Part shown: positions 1 through 8,313 of the stretch, in pieces
Numbering within the stretch: the first letter of the stretch is position 1
How the letters are laid out: each line of letters starts with the position of its first letter
From: Acidobacteriota bacterium
GTDB taxonomy: Bacteria > Acidobacteriota > CAIWXX01
Direction of reading: 5' to 3'
DNA length: 64,000 nucleotides
Assembly: GCA_040755995.1 (NCBI GenBank)
Contig: JBFMAF010000010.1
Span: forward strand, 32,001-96,000
The notes under the pieces: model-generated
Database searches by the model: none
What the model was told of the DNA's origin: nothing
What the model saw: the letters and a program-made list of their open reading frames with translations, nothing else
Position numbers and translations under genes: made by a program

Positions 1-591
1 CGTCTTGCCCGCCGGAGAGCTCGCGCGCACCTGCATGCCTGCGCGGAAGGCGGGTGGTGGAGCCACCGGGGCGCTTGCCCCGCTCGTGCTCACGCGGTGA
101 TCGTCCACCTGCATGCTCGACGCGTTGTAGACGCCTGTCTGTATCTCCCACATCGTCGCCGGCTCGTTGGAGACGGGCTGTGCTGCACGGGCCGGGGGCG
201 GTGCCGCCCGGGGCTCGGTCCGAGGGCTGGCCAGCTCCGCCGGTGCCTCTTCGATGATAGTCGGGGCCGCCGCCTCGATCACATCGGCTTCTTCCACCCA
301 CTGCGCGCGCATCTCGATCGTGCCGATCTGAATCACATCGCCGCCCGTGAGCGCGTGCGGGACCCGCGGCGGCGCCTGTTGCCCGTTCACCAGGATGCCG
401 TTGGTGCTCCCGAGGTCCTCCACAAACATCCGCGTTCCCTGGCGCAGGAACCGGCAGTGCCTGGATGAGACGAAATGAAACGGGAGCACCACGTCGTTCT
501 GCTCCAGCCGCCCGATCGCGGCAATTTCCTTGGCGATCGTCACCGTCTGACGCTCGCCACCCGGCTTGCGTATCTCGATCTGAATCGACAC
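1..591 (-). CDS. FHA domain protein with Pro/Ala-rich linker (3' end outside window); possibly SctD-like or a T3SS-associated FHA protein
   Basis: Not in ORF track; translated by hand from GTG at 591 (preceded by GAAGGGGG): MSIQIEIRKPGGERQTVTIAKEIAAIGRLEQNDVVLPFHFVSSRHCRF...EDLGSTNGILVNG...GGDVIQIG. FHA signature GR, SxxH, STNG. Open to position 1. Confidence 0.85.
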   Translation of the reverse strand, partial: MSIQIEIRKPGGERQTVTIAKEIAAIGRLEQNDVVLPFHFVSSRHCRFLRQGTRMFVEDLGSTNGILVNGQQAPPRVPHALTGGDVIQIGTIEMRAQWVEEADVIEAAAPTIIEEAPAELASPRTEPRAAPPPARAAQPVSNEPATMWEIQTGVYNASSMQVDDHRVSTSGASAPVAPPPAFRAGMQVRASSPAGKT

Positions 592-602
592 CGCCTATCC
601 CC

Positions 603-628
603 CTTCACATTTCATACTTCAAACTTCA
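603..628. repeat. Heptamer tandem array (TGAAGTW on minus strand) starting at the sctV stop codon
   Basis: cttcaca tttcata cttcaaa cttca. Confidence 0.7.
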
Positions 629-2797
629 GGCTCTACCGAATCCCGGCAGCGCGCCCGCCGTCGGCAGCAGAATTCGTCCGATTGGCTGGATGCGCAAGTC
701 AGCCGGGAGCTCCTGGAACGAGAGGACCACCACGTTCGGGAACTCGAAGCTGATGAGGCGCTTGGTGAAGTAACGCACCTCCATCTGCGTCAGAACGACC
801 GGCCGGATGGTGGTCATGTCGATCCTACCGAAGGCATTGCGAAAAGCCTGCAGGACCTGCTGGCTGACTTGCGGGTCGAGCGAGAGGTTGCTCCCCGCGG
901 CCGATTGGCGGATTCCGGCCTGGATGGGCTGCTCGACAGCGGGATCCAGCAGGTAGACCGGCAACGTCGGGGCTCCATTGCTGAACTTATACGCGATGTA
1001 GCGTTTCAGGTTCATCCGGACGTACTCGGTGAGATACACCGGATCGTTCTCGTACGGAGCCCAATCAGCGAGCGCCTCGAGGACGGCCTTCATGTTCTTG
1101 ATGGTGATCTCCTCGCGGAGCAGGCGTCGCAGTATGTCGGTGAGCCGCTGGATGCTCAGCAGCTTGGGGACCACGTTCTTCACGAGTGCCGCGTAGCCCT
1201 GCTGTTCCATCGAATCGAGGATGTTCTGAACCTCCTGGATTCCCAGCAGCTCATCGGCATGGCGCTTGATGACCTGCGACAGGTGGACTGCGATGTACTC
1301 GTCAGGAGGCAGAGTGCGACCTCCGACACCCTGCGCCTGCTGTGCCTGCGCATCCGGAATCCAGATGCCCATCTTGCCCGTGATAGGGTGCGCGCCTTGC
1401 GGGCCGTCTATCCCGGCCATACGAACTTCTGTCAGCCCCTCCCCGACAAACACGCTGTCGGGATACGCAGTCCCCAGCGTCACAGGTACTTCGTTGATGT
1501 AGACGGCGTACTGGTTGTCGGGGATGTGCGCGGCGTCGCCGCGGATGCGTACCCCGGGAAATACGACGCCCATGTCGTGGAACAACCAGAGTCGCATCTG
1601 TGGCAGCAGCTCGCTGACGAAACGCTCTCCGCGAGCTTCGACGTCGAGATACGGGGTGACATTCACGCTGGTCTCCAGTATGACCGGCACCGTGACCGGC
1701 AATTGCATCTCGGTCGCCTGCTGCTTCTGCGCATCCCCCTGCTTCTCCATCATCTTGTTCTTGATGGCCTCCTTGTCCTTCGTCTTCTTGGTCTTCTGGA
1801 GGCTCCATGATGTAACCCCTGCGGCCACGGCGAGGAGAAGGAACGGGATGGTGGGCATGCCCGGGATCAGCGCCATGCCTCCCATCATGCCGGCCGCGAT
1901 CCCGATTGCTGTCGGCTGCGAGAGCAGTTGGACTCCGATATCCTGGCCCAACGTCCGTGGCTCCTCGCTCCCGGCCACGCGCGTCGTCAACACCGCCGAT
2001 GTGACCGTGATGATGAGAGATGGGATCTGCGCCACCAGACCCTCGCCGATGGTCAAGAGCGTGTACTTCTTCAGCGCCACCGCAAACGGGTACTTCTTGA
2101 TCACGATCCCGATGATCAGACCGGCGATGATGTTGATGGCCGAGATGATGATCCCGGCGATCGCGTCGCCCTTCACGAACTTCATGGCGCCGTCCATGGC
2201 GCCGTGGAAAGTAGATTCCTTTTCCAACAGCTTCCGCTTCGCGCGCGCCTGGTCGGCGTCCAACAGCCCGGCGCGCAGGTCCGCGTCGATGCTCATCTGC
2301 TTGCCCGGCATCGCGTCCAACGTGAACCGTGCCGAGACCTCCGACACGCGCTCGGCGCCCTTCGCGATCACGATCAGCTGCAGGAGCGTGATGATCAGGA
2401 AGATCACGAAGCCGACGATCAGGTTCCCCTTGACGACGAAGCTCCCGAACGCGTGGATGACCTCGCCGGCATCTGCGTACAACAGGATCAAGCGCGTCGC
2501 CGACACCTCCAGAGAGAGCCGGAACAGCGTCGAGACCAGAAGGATCGTGGGAAACGACGCCAGGGCCAGCGCCTCGGGGATGTACAGCGAGATCATGAGA
2601 AGCCCGATGGCCATCGCCATGTTGGCCGAAAGGAAGATGTCCATCAGGAAGGTAGGTATCGGGATGATCATGATCCCGATAATCGCAATGACCAGAAGCG
2701 CGAGCAGGATGTCGCTGTACCGTCCCAAGACGACGTTCAGCTCCCCCCTCCGCAGGTTGGCCCAGAGCTCCATCAACTGTTGCTTGATACCTTCCAT
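626..2797 (-). CDS. sctV: T3SS export gate SctV (FlhA/LcrD family)
   Basis: FHIPEP motifs RVSEVSARFTLDAMPGKQMSIDADL and GAMDGAMKFVKGDAIAG; N-terminal TM helices; C-terminal VLSFQEL. Confidence 0.96.
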   Translation of the reverse strand: MEGIKQQLMELWANLRRGELNVVLGRYSDILLALLVIAIIGIMIIPIPTFLMDIFLSANMAMAIGLLMISLYIPEALALASFPTILLVSTLFRLSLEVSATRLILLYADAGEVIHAFGSFVVKGNLIVGFVIFLIITLLQLIVIAKGAERVSEVSARFTLDAMPGKQMSIDADLRAGLLDADQARAKRKLLEKESTFHGAMDGAMKFVKGDAIAGIIISAINIIAGLIIGIVIKKYPFAVALKKYTLLTIGEGLVAQIPSLIITVTSAVLTTRVAGSEEPRTLGQDIGVQLLSQPTAIGIAAGMMGGMALIPGMPTIPFLLLAVAAGVTSWSLQKTKKTKDKEAIKNKMMEKQGDAQKQQATEMQLPVTVPVILETSVNVTPYLDVEARGERFVSELLPQMRLWLFHDMGVVFPGVRIRGDAAHIPDNQYAVYINEVPVTLGTAYPDSVFVGEGLTEVRMAGIDGPQGAHPITGKMGIWIPDAQAQQAQGVGGRTLPPDEYIAVHLSQVIKRHADELLGIQEVQNILDSMEQQGYAALVKNVVPKLLSIQRLTDILRRLLREEITIKNMKAVLEALADWAPYENDPVYLTEYVRMNLKRYIAYKFSNGAPTLPVYLLDPAVEQPIQAGIRQSAAGSNLSLDPQVSQQVLQAFRNAFGRIDMTTIRPVVLTQMEVRYFTKRLISFEFPNVVVLSFQELPADLRIQPIGRILLPTAGALPGFGRA

Positions 2798-2807
2798 TTC
2801 AGTCTCC

Positions 2808-2945
2808 TAGACGGAAGACGGCGGACGGTAGACGGAAGAGGCACTGCCACCGTGTCTCTGCGTCTCCCCGTCTCCGCGATGTCCTCTCCCCGGTTCTCCG
2901 TTTCTCCGTTTCCCCGATTCTCCGGTTCTCCGATTCTCCGATTCG
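2808..2945. repeat. Composite heptamer (AGACGGN) and octamer (TTCTCCGN) tandem arrays between sctU and sctV
   Basis: agacgga agacggc ggacggt agacgga; ttctccgt ttctccgt ttccccga ttctccgg ttctccga ttctccga. Confidence 0.85.
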
Positions 2946-3012
2946 GCTCTTTGCATGAACGATGCTACCCTGTGACCGCTCACTCTCCTGGCCGCAACAG
3001 CCATGCTGATCA

Positions 3013-4086
3013 TCACACGCCTCCGGGCACTCGCTGCGCCTCTTGGCGGAGCCGATAGGCGAACAGCAGGATCTCGGCCACCGCCTCGTACATGTCGCGC
3101 GGGATGTAACGTCCCATCTCGACCGTGAAGAGCGAGTGCGCCAGCTGGATGTCGCGGATGATGGGCACGTCGTGTTTCTTGGCGAGCTGGACGATGGTGG
3201 CGGCAAGCGTCCCGCCGCCCTTGGCGGTGACTTTGGGAGCGCCCATGGTGGCGCGATCGTATCGGACGGCGACGGCGAGATGAGTAGGGTTGGTGACCAC
3301 CGCGTCAGCCTTCGGAACTTCCTGCTGGATGTTCTGGAAGATCATGGCCTGCCCCAGCGCCTTCCGCTGTGCCTTGATCATCGGGTCGCCTTCGCTCTCC
3401 TTGTATTCCTGCTTGACCTCGTCTTTGCTCATCATGAGCTGCTTCTTCCACTGGTGCTTTTGCCAAAAGTAGTCGAAGCCGGCTACCGCCAGGAACAGGC
3501 CGCCGACCTGGAAGGTGAACGATCGCGCGATCTGAAAGCCGATTCGGTAGAACGCTCCCATGTCAGTCCAGTGCAGCCGCACGATCGTCTCCATGGCGTT
3601 CGCCAGCGCCTTGTAGCCTAGGTATAGCACCAGCACGACTTTGATCAGGGTTTTCAGGAATTCGACGATGCCCTTCCCGGAAAAAATCCTCTTCACGCCT
3701 TCGATCGGGTTGAGCTTCTTCAGCGACGGTTTCATCGGCTCGAACGTCAGGTTGAACCCTGCCTGCGCGGCGGCCAGCGCCAGGCCGGTTACGGCAATTC
3801 CTCCGATGATCGGCACGAAGCAGACGACGATCGCCATGAAAGCCTCTTGCAGCGGCAGCACCCAGATTGTCGCCGCGCTGGCGCCGTCGATGCGCACACC
3901 GGCCTGAATGGCGGTGTAATACAGGTTCCCGAATCGATCTCCGATGCGCGGCGCCCAGATCATGATAAGGGCCATGCCGGCGAGGAAGGTGAAGACGGCG
4001 GGGACCTCCTTGCTGAAGGCGATCTGCCCCTTCTTCTTGGCATCCGCCAGTTTCTTCGGAGTCGGTTGTTCGGTCTTCTCAGCCAT
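3013..4086 (-). CDS. sctU: T3SS autoprotease/switch protein SctU (FlhB/YscU family)
   Basis: N-terminal EKTEQPTPKKL..KKGQ; MSKDEVKQEYKESEGDP; NPTH autocleavage motif. Confidence 0.96.
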   Translation of the reverse strand: MAEKTEQPTPKKLADAKKKGQIAFSKEVPAVFTFLAGMALIMIWAPRIGDRFGNLYYTAIQAGVRIDGASAATIWVLPLQEAFMAIVVCFVPIIGGIAVTGLALAAAQAGFNLTFEPMKPSLKKLNPIEGVKRIFSGKGIVEFLKTLIKVVLVLYLGYKALANAMETIVRLHWTDMGAFYRIGFQIARSFTFQVGGLFLAVAGFDYFWQKHQWKKQLMMSKDEVKQEYKESEGDPMIKAQRKALGQAMIFQNIQQEVPKADAVVTNPTHLAVAVRYDRATMGAPKVTAKGGGTLAATIVQLAKKHDVPIIRDIQLAHSLFTVEMGRYIPRDMYEAVAEILLFAYRLRQEAQRVPGGV

Positions 4087-4127
4087 GATGATTCGGTGCT
4101 ATGCGCTCGGTTCGTGGTGCTCGGTGC

Positions 4128-4979
4128 TCATGGCACGGCTTCGCGAAGCCATTCGTTCATCCATACGTGGAACTGGCGCCAGAGGTCGGGCGTGATCTGC
4201 AGCATGGCGTAGATCGAGAGCGCCACGACCAGCAGCCCGACTATGGGCTTGAGCGCCATGCCCATGAAGAAAACGTCCATTTGCGGGGCCATGCGGTTGG
4301 CCACGCCCAGGATGACATCGGCGAGGATCAGCACGAGAATGGCGGGCGCGACGACTTTCAACATGATGCCGAACATGGAGCCGGTCATACGGATGAATGC
4401 ATCGTTGAGCACGGCGGTCTTGGGAAACAGACCGATGGGCGGGAACAGCTGGTAGCTGTCGATCACGGCCGAGAGGAACCAGAGGTGGCCGCCCACCAGG
4501 ACGTACAGAACCACGAACAGCTGAAAGTAGAAGTCGCCCAGGAGAGAGGTCTGGATCTGGAGCTGCGGCACCAACAGATTGGCCATCGTGGTGCCCCGAA
4601 CGCTGTCGAGGAACTGGCCGCCCATGTTGGCTGCAAAGAAGACGAGGCTCGAGCCGAAGCCGATGAGGAGGCCGATCGTGATCTCGTGGAATGCCGCGAT
4701 CCACCAGCCGATCGCGTTGAGGCCTAGCGGCACCGCGAGCTGATGGCTCAACCACGGTGTCGTGAACCACGCCATGACCATGGCGAGGCCCATCTTCACA
4801 GGGCCAGGCACGAGCTTCCCGCCGAGGAACGGGCAGAACTGCACGATGGCGGTCCAACGGATCAGCGCGAGGAACAGCAACACGGCCGTGTCAAGCGCCC
4901 CATGCCGGACACCCCACAGCGGCGCAAATGTCCGAAAAGCGCCGTCCAATGAGCCTGAATCCGGCAGCCAACTTGACAT
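4128..4979 (-). CDS. sctT: T3SS export apparatus SctT (FliR family)
   Basis: Multi-TM protein; GGQFLDSVRG; GVANRMAPQMDVF; position after sctS. Confidence 0.92.
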   Translation of the reverse strand: MSSWLPDSGSLDGAFRTFAPLWGVRHGALDTAVLLFLALIRWTAIVQFCPFLGGKLVPGPVKMGLAMVMAWFTTPWLSHQLAVPLGLNAIGWWIAAFHEITIGLLIGFGSSLVFFAANMGGQFLDSVRGTTMANLLVPQLQIQTSLLGDFYFQLFVVLYVLVGGHLWFLSAVIDSYQLFPPIGLFPKTAVLNDAFIRMTGSMFGIMLKVVAPAILVLILADVILGVANRMAPQMDVFFMGMALKPIVGLLVVALSIYAMLQITPDLWRQFHVWMNEWLREAVP

Positions 4980-5002
4980 ACTAGCCTGCCCTGCAAGCCA
5001 AG

Positions 5003-5078
5003 GCGGGGAATCGGAGAGACGGAGAGTCGGTGAATCGGGGAATCGGAGAAACGGAGAAACGGAGAATCGGGGAACCGC
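5003..5078. repeat. Octamer array (CGGAGAAW), opposite orientation to the 2895 array
   Basis: gaatcggagagacggagagtcggtgaatcggggaatcggagaaacggagaaacggagaatcggggaacc. Confidence 0.85.
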
Positions 5079-5109
5079 GTCCGTTGATCATGAAGTAATG
5101 CATCACCGG

Positions 5110-5376
5110 CTATCTGATCCAATGCGGGAATTCGGAGAAGATGACATAGGCCAGGCGAGATACGTGGCCGGCCATCCAGTAGCCCATCAGGTACAGCACG
5201 CCGAACACTGCGATCATTTTCGCAGCCATGCCGAGAGTCTGTTCCTGGATCTGTGTCAGCGCCTGGAAGATGGACAGGAGGAGACCCACGACGAGGGCCG
5301 CGAGGACAGCTGGAGCCGAGACGAGCACGGTCAGGATCAGCGCCTCGCGCGATACGTTAATGAATATGTTCTCCAT
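5110..5376 (-). CDS. sctS: T3SS export apparatus SctS (FliQ family)
   Basis: GLLLSIFQALTQIQEQTL motif; 88 aa; ATG at 5376 after GAGG. Confidence 0.95.
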   Translation of the reverse strand: MENIFINVSREALILTVLVSAPAVLAALVVGLLLSIFQALTQIQEQTLGMAAKMIAVFGVLYLMGYWMAGHVSRLAYVIFSEFPHWIR

Positions 5377-5403
5377 AGTGCATCCTCGTTGCAAGTCGAG
5401 GGA

Positions 5404-6087
5404 TCACATGTAGCCCTGGATGAGCCCGCGTACGAGCAGGTCCCAACCATCTATCATGATGAACAGCAGGATCTTGAACGGCATCGAGACGGTTACGGGC
5501 GAGAGCATGTGCATGCCCATGGCCAGCAGGATGTTCGAGACAACCATGTCGATCACCAGGAACGGCAGGAAGATGAGGAATCCGATCATGAACGCCTCGG
5601 TCAGCTCGCTCACCGTGAACGCCGGTATCAGTACGAGCATGTCGTCGTCCTTCATCTCGGTCTTCCAGGATTCCGGGCCCATGCGAATCGCCATCTGGTA
5701 AAAGAGGCCTCGTTCCTTCGGGTGCGCGTGCTTGGACAGGAAAGCCCGCATCGGCTCGCGCGCCTTCTCCACCACGTCCAGTATCATTTTGGCCCCGCCC
5801 GGCGACACGATGTCCTGGCCCGATTGCTGCGTGAGCGTCGGCTGCAGCGTGTCGTAGACCTGCGAGCCGATCGGCGCCATCACGTAGATGGTCATGATCA
5901 CGGCGAGCCCCATGAGCACCGGCGTCGGCGGGACCTGCTGCGTACCCAGCGCGGTGCGGAGAATGGAGAGGACCACCGAGAACTTCACGAAAGACGTGGT
6001 CATCATCAGCAGGAATGGGGCCATGGAGAGCATGCTGACCATGATCAGCGTCGTTACGGGGTTGGCGGACCATGATCCGATGTTCAT
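5404..6087 (-). CDS. sctR: T3SS export apparatus SctR (FliP family, no cleavable signal)
   Basis: MTTSFVK..LRTALGTQQVPP; PAFTVSELTEAF; PFKILLFIMIDGW. Confidence 0.96.
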   Translation of the reverse strand: MNIGSWSANPVTTLIMVSMLSMAPFLLMMTTSFVKFSVVLSILRTALGTQQVPPTPVLMGLAVIMTIYVMAPIGSQVYDTLQPTLTQQSGQDIVSPGGAKMILDVVEKAREPMRAFLSKHAHPKERGLFYQMAIRMGPESWKTEMKDDDMLVLIPAFTVSELTEAFMIGFLIFLPFLVIDMVVSNILLAMGMHMLSPVTVSMPFKILLFIMIDGWDLLVRGLIQGYM

Positions 6088-6422
6088 GCCTTGTCTGCTC
6101 CTTGATTTGATGCCCGACCCACCTCCTCGAGCGTGTGTTCGAACGAAGCGGAGCCCGGATCAGCTCGGGTGTGGAGCACCTGCACTCGATCCGGTGAGGT
6201 GGCGATGAGGAGGTGCGTGCGGTCCCAACGTACAACGTATAGCCGGTGGTTGCGATCCAACGGCAGGAACTCGTCGACCTGCAGGGTGCGAGGGCGCGAG
6301 GCCGCGCGATAGCGCATGAGCCATGGCAGGCCGAATCGAAGGGTGATGAAGGCGATGACGATGACAACGAGCAACGCGGCGAATCCGCGCAGCAGCAACC
6401 AGGCTTCCTGCGATGCATCCAT
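6084..6422 (-). CDS. FliO-like single-TM protein
   Basis: 112 aa; N-terminal TM then beta-rich LQVDEFLPLDRNHRLYVVRW..HLLIATSPDRVQVL; ATGA overlap with sctR, the fliO-fliP position. Confidence 0.75.
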   Translation of the reverse strand: MDASQEAWLLLRGFAALLVVIVIAFITLRFGLPWLMRYRAASRPRTLQVDEFLPLDRNHRLYVVRWDRTHLLIATSPDRVQVLHTRADPGSASFEHTLEEVGRASNQGADKA

Positions 6423-6433
6423 GTCAGATCCCG

Positions 6434-6498
6434 GCGAGGCGCGGCCTCGCCTCGCGTAGAGAGCAGAGAGTGGAGAGTGGAGAGTGGAGAGTAGAGTG
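6434..6498. repeat. GCGAGG-CCTCGC hairpin followed by AGAGTGG heptamer array
   Basis: gcgaggcgcggcctcgc ... agagcag agagtgg agagtgg agagtgg agagtag. Confidence 0.85.
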
Positions 6499-6533
6499 TC
6501 GCAGCGCCGCAGCTTGAGATACTGTGCACCTTA

Positions 6534-6830
6534 TCATGTGGACGCGCTCTCCTTGAACTGCGTCAAGATCCGCAGGATCTCGACGCCGAGCTTCTCGTGC
6601 ACGAGGACCACTCGCCCTTCGGCCAACACCCGCCGCTGCAGTCCGGTCTCTGCAACCAGCTTCACCAGGTCGTCGGCGCCGCGCTGCAAGGTGAGCACCT
6701 GGCCGACCTGCCACTTCTTCAGGTCGCCGAGGGTGACGGGAACGCGGTCCAATTCGATGGCGATCTGCAGTTCGAGGTCCTGGACTGGAACGGACTCAAG
6801 TTCGCCGGTCGGAGCATCTTTCTCAGCCAT
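6534..6830 (-). CDS. Predicted internally initiated SctQ-C (FliN-like, 98 aa)
   Basis: In-frame ATG at 6830 with GGAGGTG 8 nt upstream, just before the last SPOA domain. Confidence 0.65.
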   Translation of the reverse strand: MAEKDAPTGELESVPVQDLELQIAIELDRVPVTLGDLKKWQVGQVLTLQRGADDLVKLVAETGLQRRVLAEGRVVLVHEKLGVEILRILTQFKESAST

Positions 6831-8078
6831 GACCCAGTCACCTCCCGGTGTATGTACCCACAGTTTCTCGAGCGACAGTTTAAGACTACCTTGCTCCCTG
6901 CGCAATCCGCCCGTGTGCCAGAATCGTGCGAGCCGGAGGTAGGCCGACCCGAGCACGCCGTCCTGTACGTCACCTGGGCGCCAGGCGGCGGGCAGCCAGA
7001 CGTCAGGAAGCAGAACGTCGCCGACTTCGATCCGAGCCCAGTCCGAGACCTTCAGCCGGATGAGGCCGGCCCACACCGAGGCAGGCCAGATGAGATCGTC
7101 GAGATCGAGGTCGGCCGCCGCCTGCGGCTCGATGACTGGACACAGGATCGTGGTGGCGAGCTCGGTGGCCTGGCGGCTCAGCCAGACACTTGCCAGGAGA
7201 TACGCCGCGTGTCGCAGCTCTTCCGGGGCTTCGCCGGGTGCGATCCACCCGGCGATCTGGACCGGCTGCTGCAGCTTGTCGCTCAACAAGTTGGCAATCT
7301 GGAGGAGCACGAACTGCGCGATGCCTTCTTCCATCGCACTCGTCTCCCACGGCTCGTCCGGCTTGATTTCCGTTATGTGCTGCCAACATGCGCGCATCCA
7401 CACGGACGGGACTCGCACCCACACCGTGTGAGCGCCGCATTGAACCCTCGCCCACCGATCGGACGGGTTCGCGAGCTCACGGAGGGGCGACTTGAAGCGA
7501 GCCGGCTGCAGGCCCGAGGCTCGCACCCGGATCGCCTCGGGCTCGGTCGACGCGTGGGTCTGCTCGATCAGCGTCAACGTGTAAGGCGGGATCTCGATCC
7601 GATCACCGCCGTGCAGCGGCACCGGCGTGAGGGGCTCCAGCTTCTGTCCGTTGCGCCTGGTGCCGTTGGTGCTCTTCAGGTCCATGAGGCAGGCGAGCCC
7701 TCGGTCCATCTGGATCTCAGCGTGCTCAGACGAGACCGTCGGGCCGGGCAGCTGCAAGTGGCATGATTCTCCGCGCCCGATCCGAAAGGGGAAGTACCGT
7801 ACATCCAGATCCCGTTCCCCACCCCGGCGGTCTTTCAGCCGGAGACGCAAGATCACGTCGCCGTGGGAAACGAACGGCCACCACGCTGCCATGGCCTCGG
7901 GCAGCGCTGCACTCACCCGCGCGGCCCAGGGGCGCAGGCTCCGGACCGTGGCATCCACCTTCACCTGCTGCCCAATCTCGGCCGGGTCCACCTCCGGAAG
8001 CCCAATGGCCCAGGACGACATCCCACCGTATGTGCCGGGCTGCACCGTGTCGGATCTCACGCATCGAGTCTCGTCCAT
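6534..8078 (-). CDS. sctQ: SctQ (FliM/FliN SPOA family) with an FHA domain in the N-terminal part
   Basis: C-terminal SPOA (DLELQIAIELDRVPVTLGDLKKWQVGQVL..AEGRVVLVHEKLGVEI); a second SPOA-like segment (RIEVGDVLL); FHA (RIGRGESC..VSSEHAEI..DLKSTNGT). Start chosen at ATG 8078 (alternative 8021); the track's 8240 start runs through repeats. Confidence 0.88.
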   Translation of the reverse strand: MDETRCVRSDTVQPGTYGGMSSWAIGLPEVDPAEIGQQVKVDATVRSLRPWAARVSAALPEAMAAWWPFVSHGDVILRLRLKDRRGGERDLDVRYFPFRIGRGESCHLQLPGPTVSSEHAEIQMDRGLACLMDLKSTNGTRRNGQKLEPLTPVPLHGGDRIEIPPYTLTLIEQTHASTEPEAIRVRASGLQPARFKSPLRELANPSDRWARVQCGAHTVWVRVPSVWMRACWQHITEIKPDEPWETSAMEEGIAQFVLLQIANLLSDKLQQPVQIAGWIAPGEAPEELRHAAYLLASVWLSRQATELATTILCPVIEPQAAADLDLDDLIWPASVWAGLIRLKVSDWARIEVGDVLLPDVWLPAAWRPGDVQDGVLGSAYLRLARFWHTGGLRREQGSLKLSLEKLWVHTPGGDWVMAEKDAPTGELESVPVQDLELQIAIELDRVPVTLGDLKKWQVGQVLTLQRGADDLVKLVAETGLQRRVLAEGRVVLVHEKLGVEILRILTQFKESAST

Positions 8079-8136
8079 CGGGTCACATCCTGTGCGGGGT
8101 GCGGCATCGGTCGATGTAGCACGCAAGGCCGCTTTC

Positions 8137-8313
8137 GCCGCGCCTCGCGCAGAGAGTGGAAAGTAGAGAGTAGAGAGTGGAAAGCGTGCCCCTGCGCGAT
8201 CGCGATCGGCGTGGCGCTGCATGAGCGAGGGCGCCCGCATGACCCACTGCTCCGAAAACTTGACTCAATCGCAACGTCTTCCCTCTCCCGTCTTCCGTCT
8301 CCCGTCTCCCGTC
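8137..8313. repeat. Composite intergenic element: GCCTCGCG + AGAGT heptamers + AAACTTGACTCAATCGCAAC box + CGTCTCC heptamers
   Basis: Same layout recurs at 37575-37683. Confidence 0.75.

Noticed and set aside
869..2810. Long plus-strand ORFs opposite sct genes, and similar antisense ORFs throughout
   Set aside because: Shadow frames of high-GC genes with no recognisable motifs.
8079..8240. Longer ORF-track starts for sctQ (also sctK, the receptor, ftsQ, ftsW, murF, murE, SDR)
   Set aside because: The extensions run through repeat arrays or upstream genes; downstream starts have better SD sites or ATGA coupling.
8256..8280. dif/Xer or integron attC site
   Set aside because: Only partial likeness to a XerD arm; no XerC arm or attC pairing.
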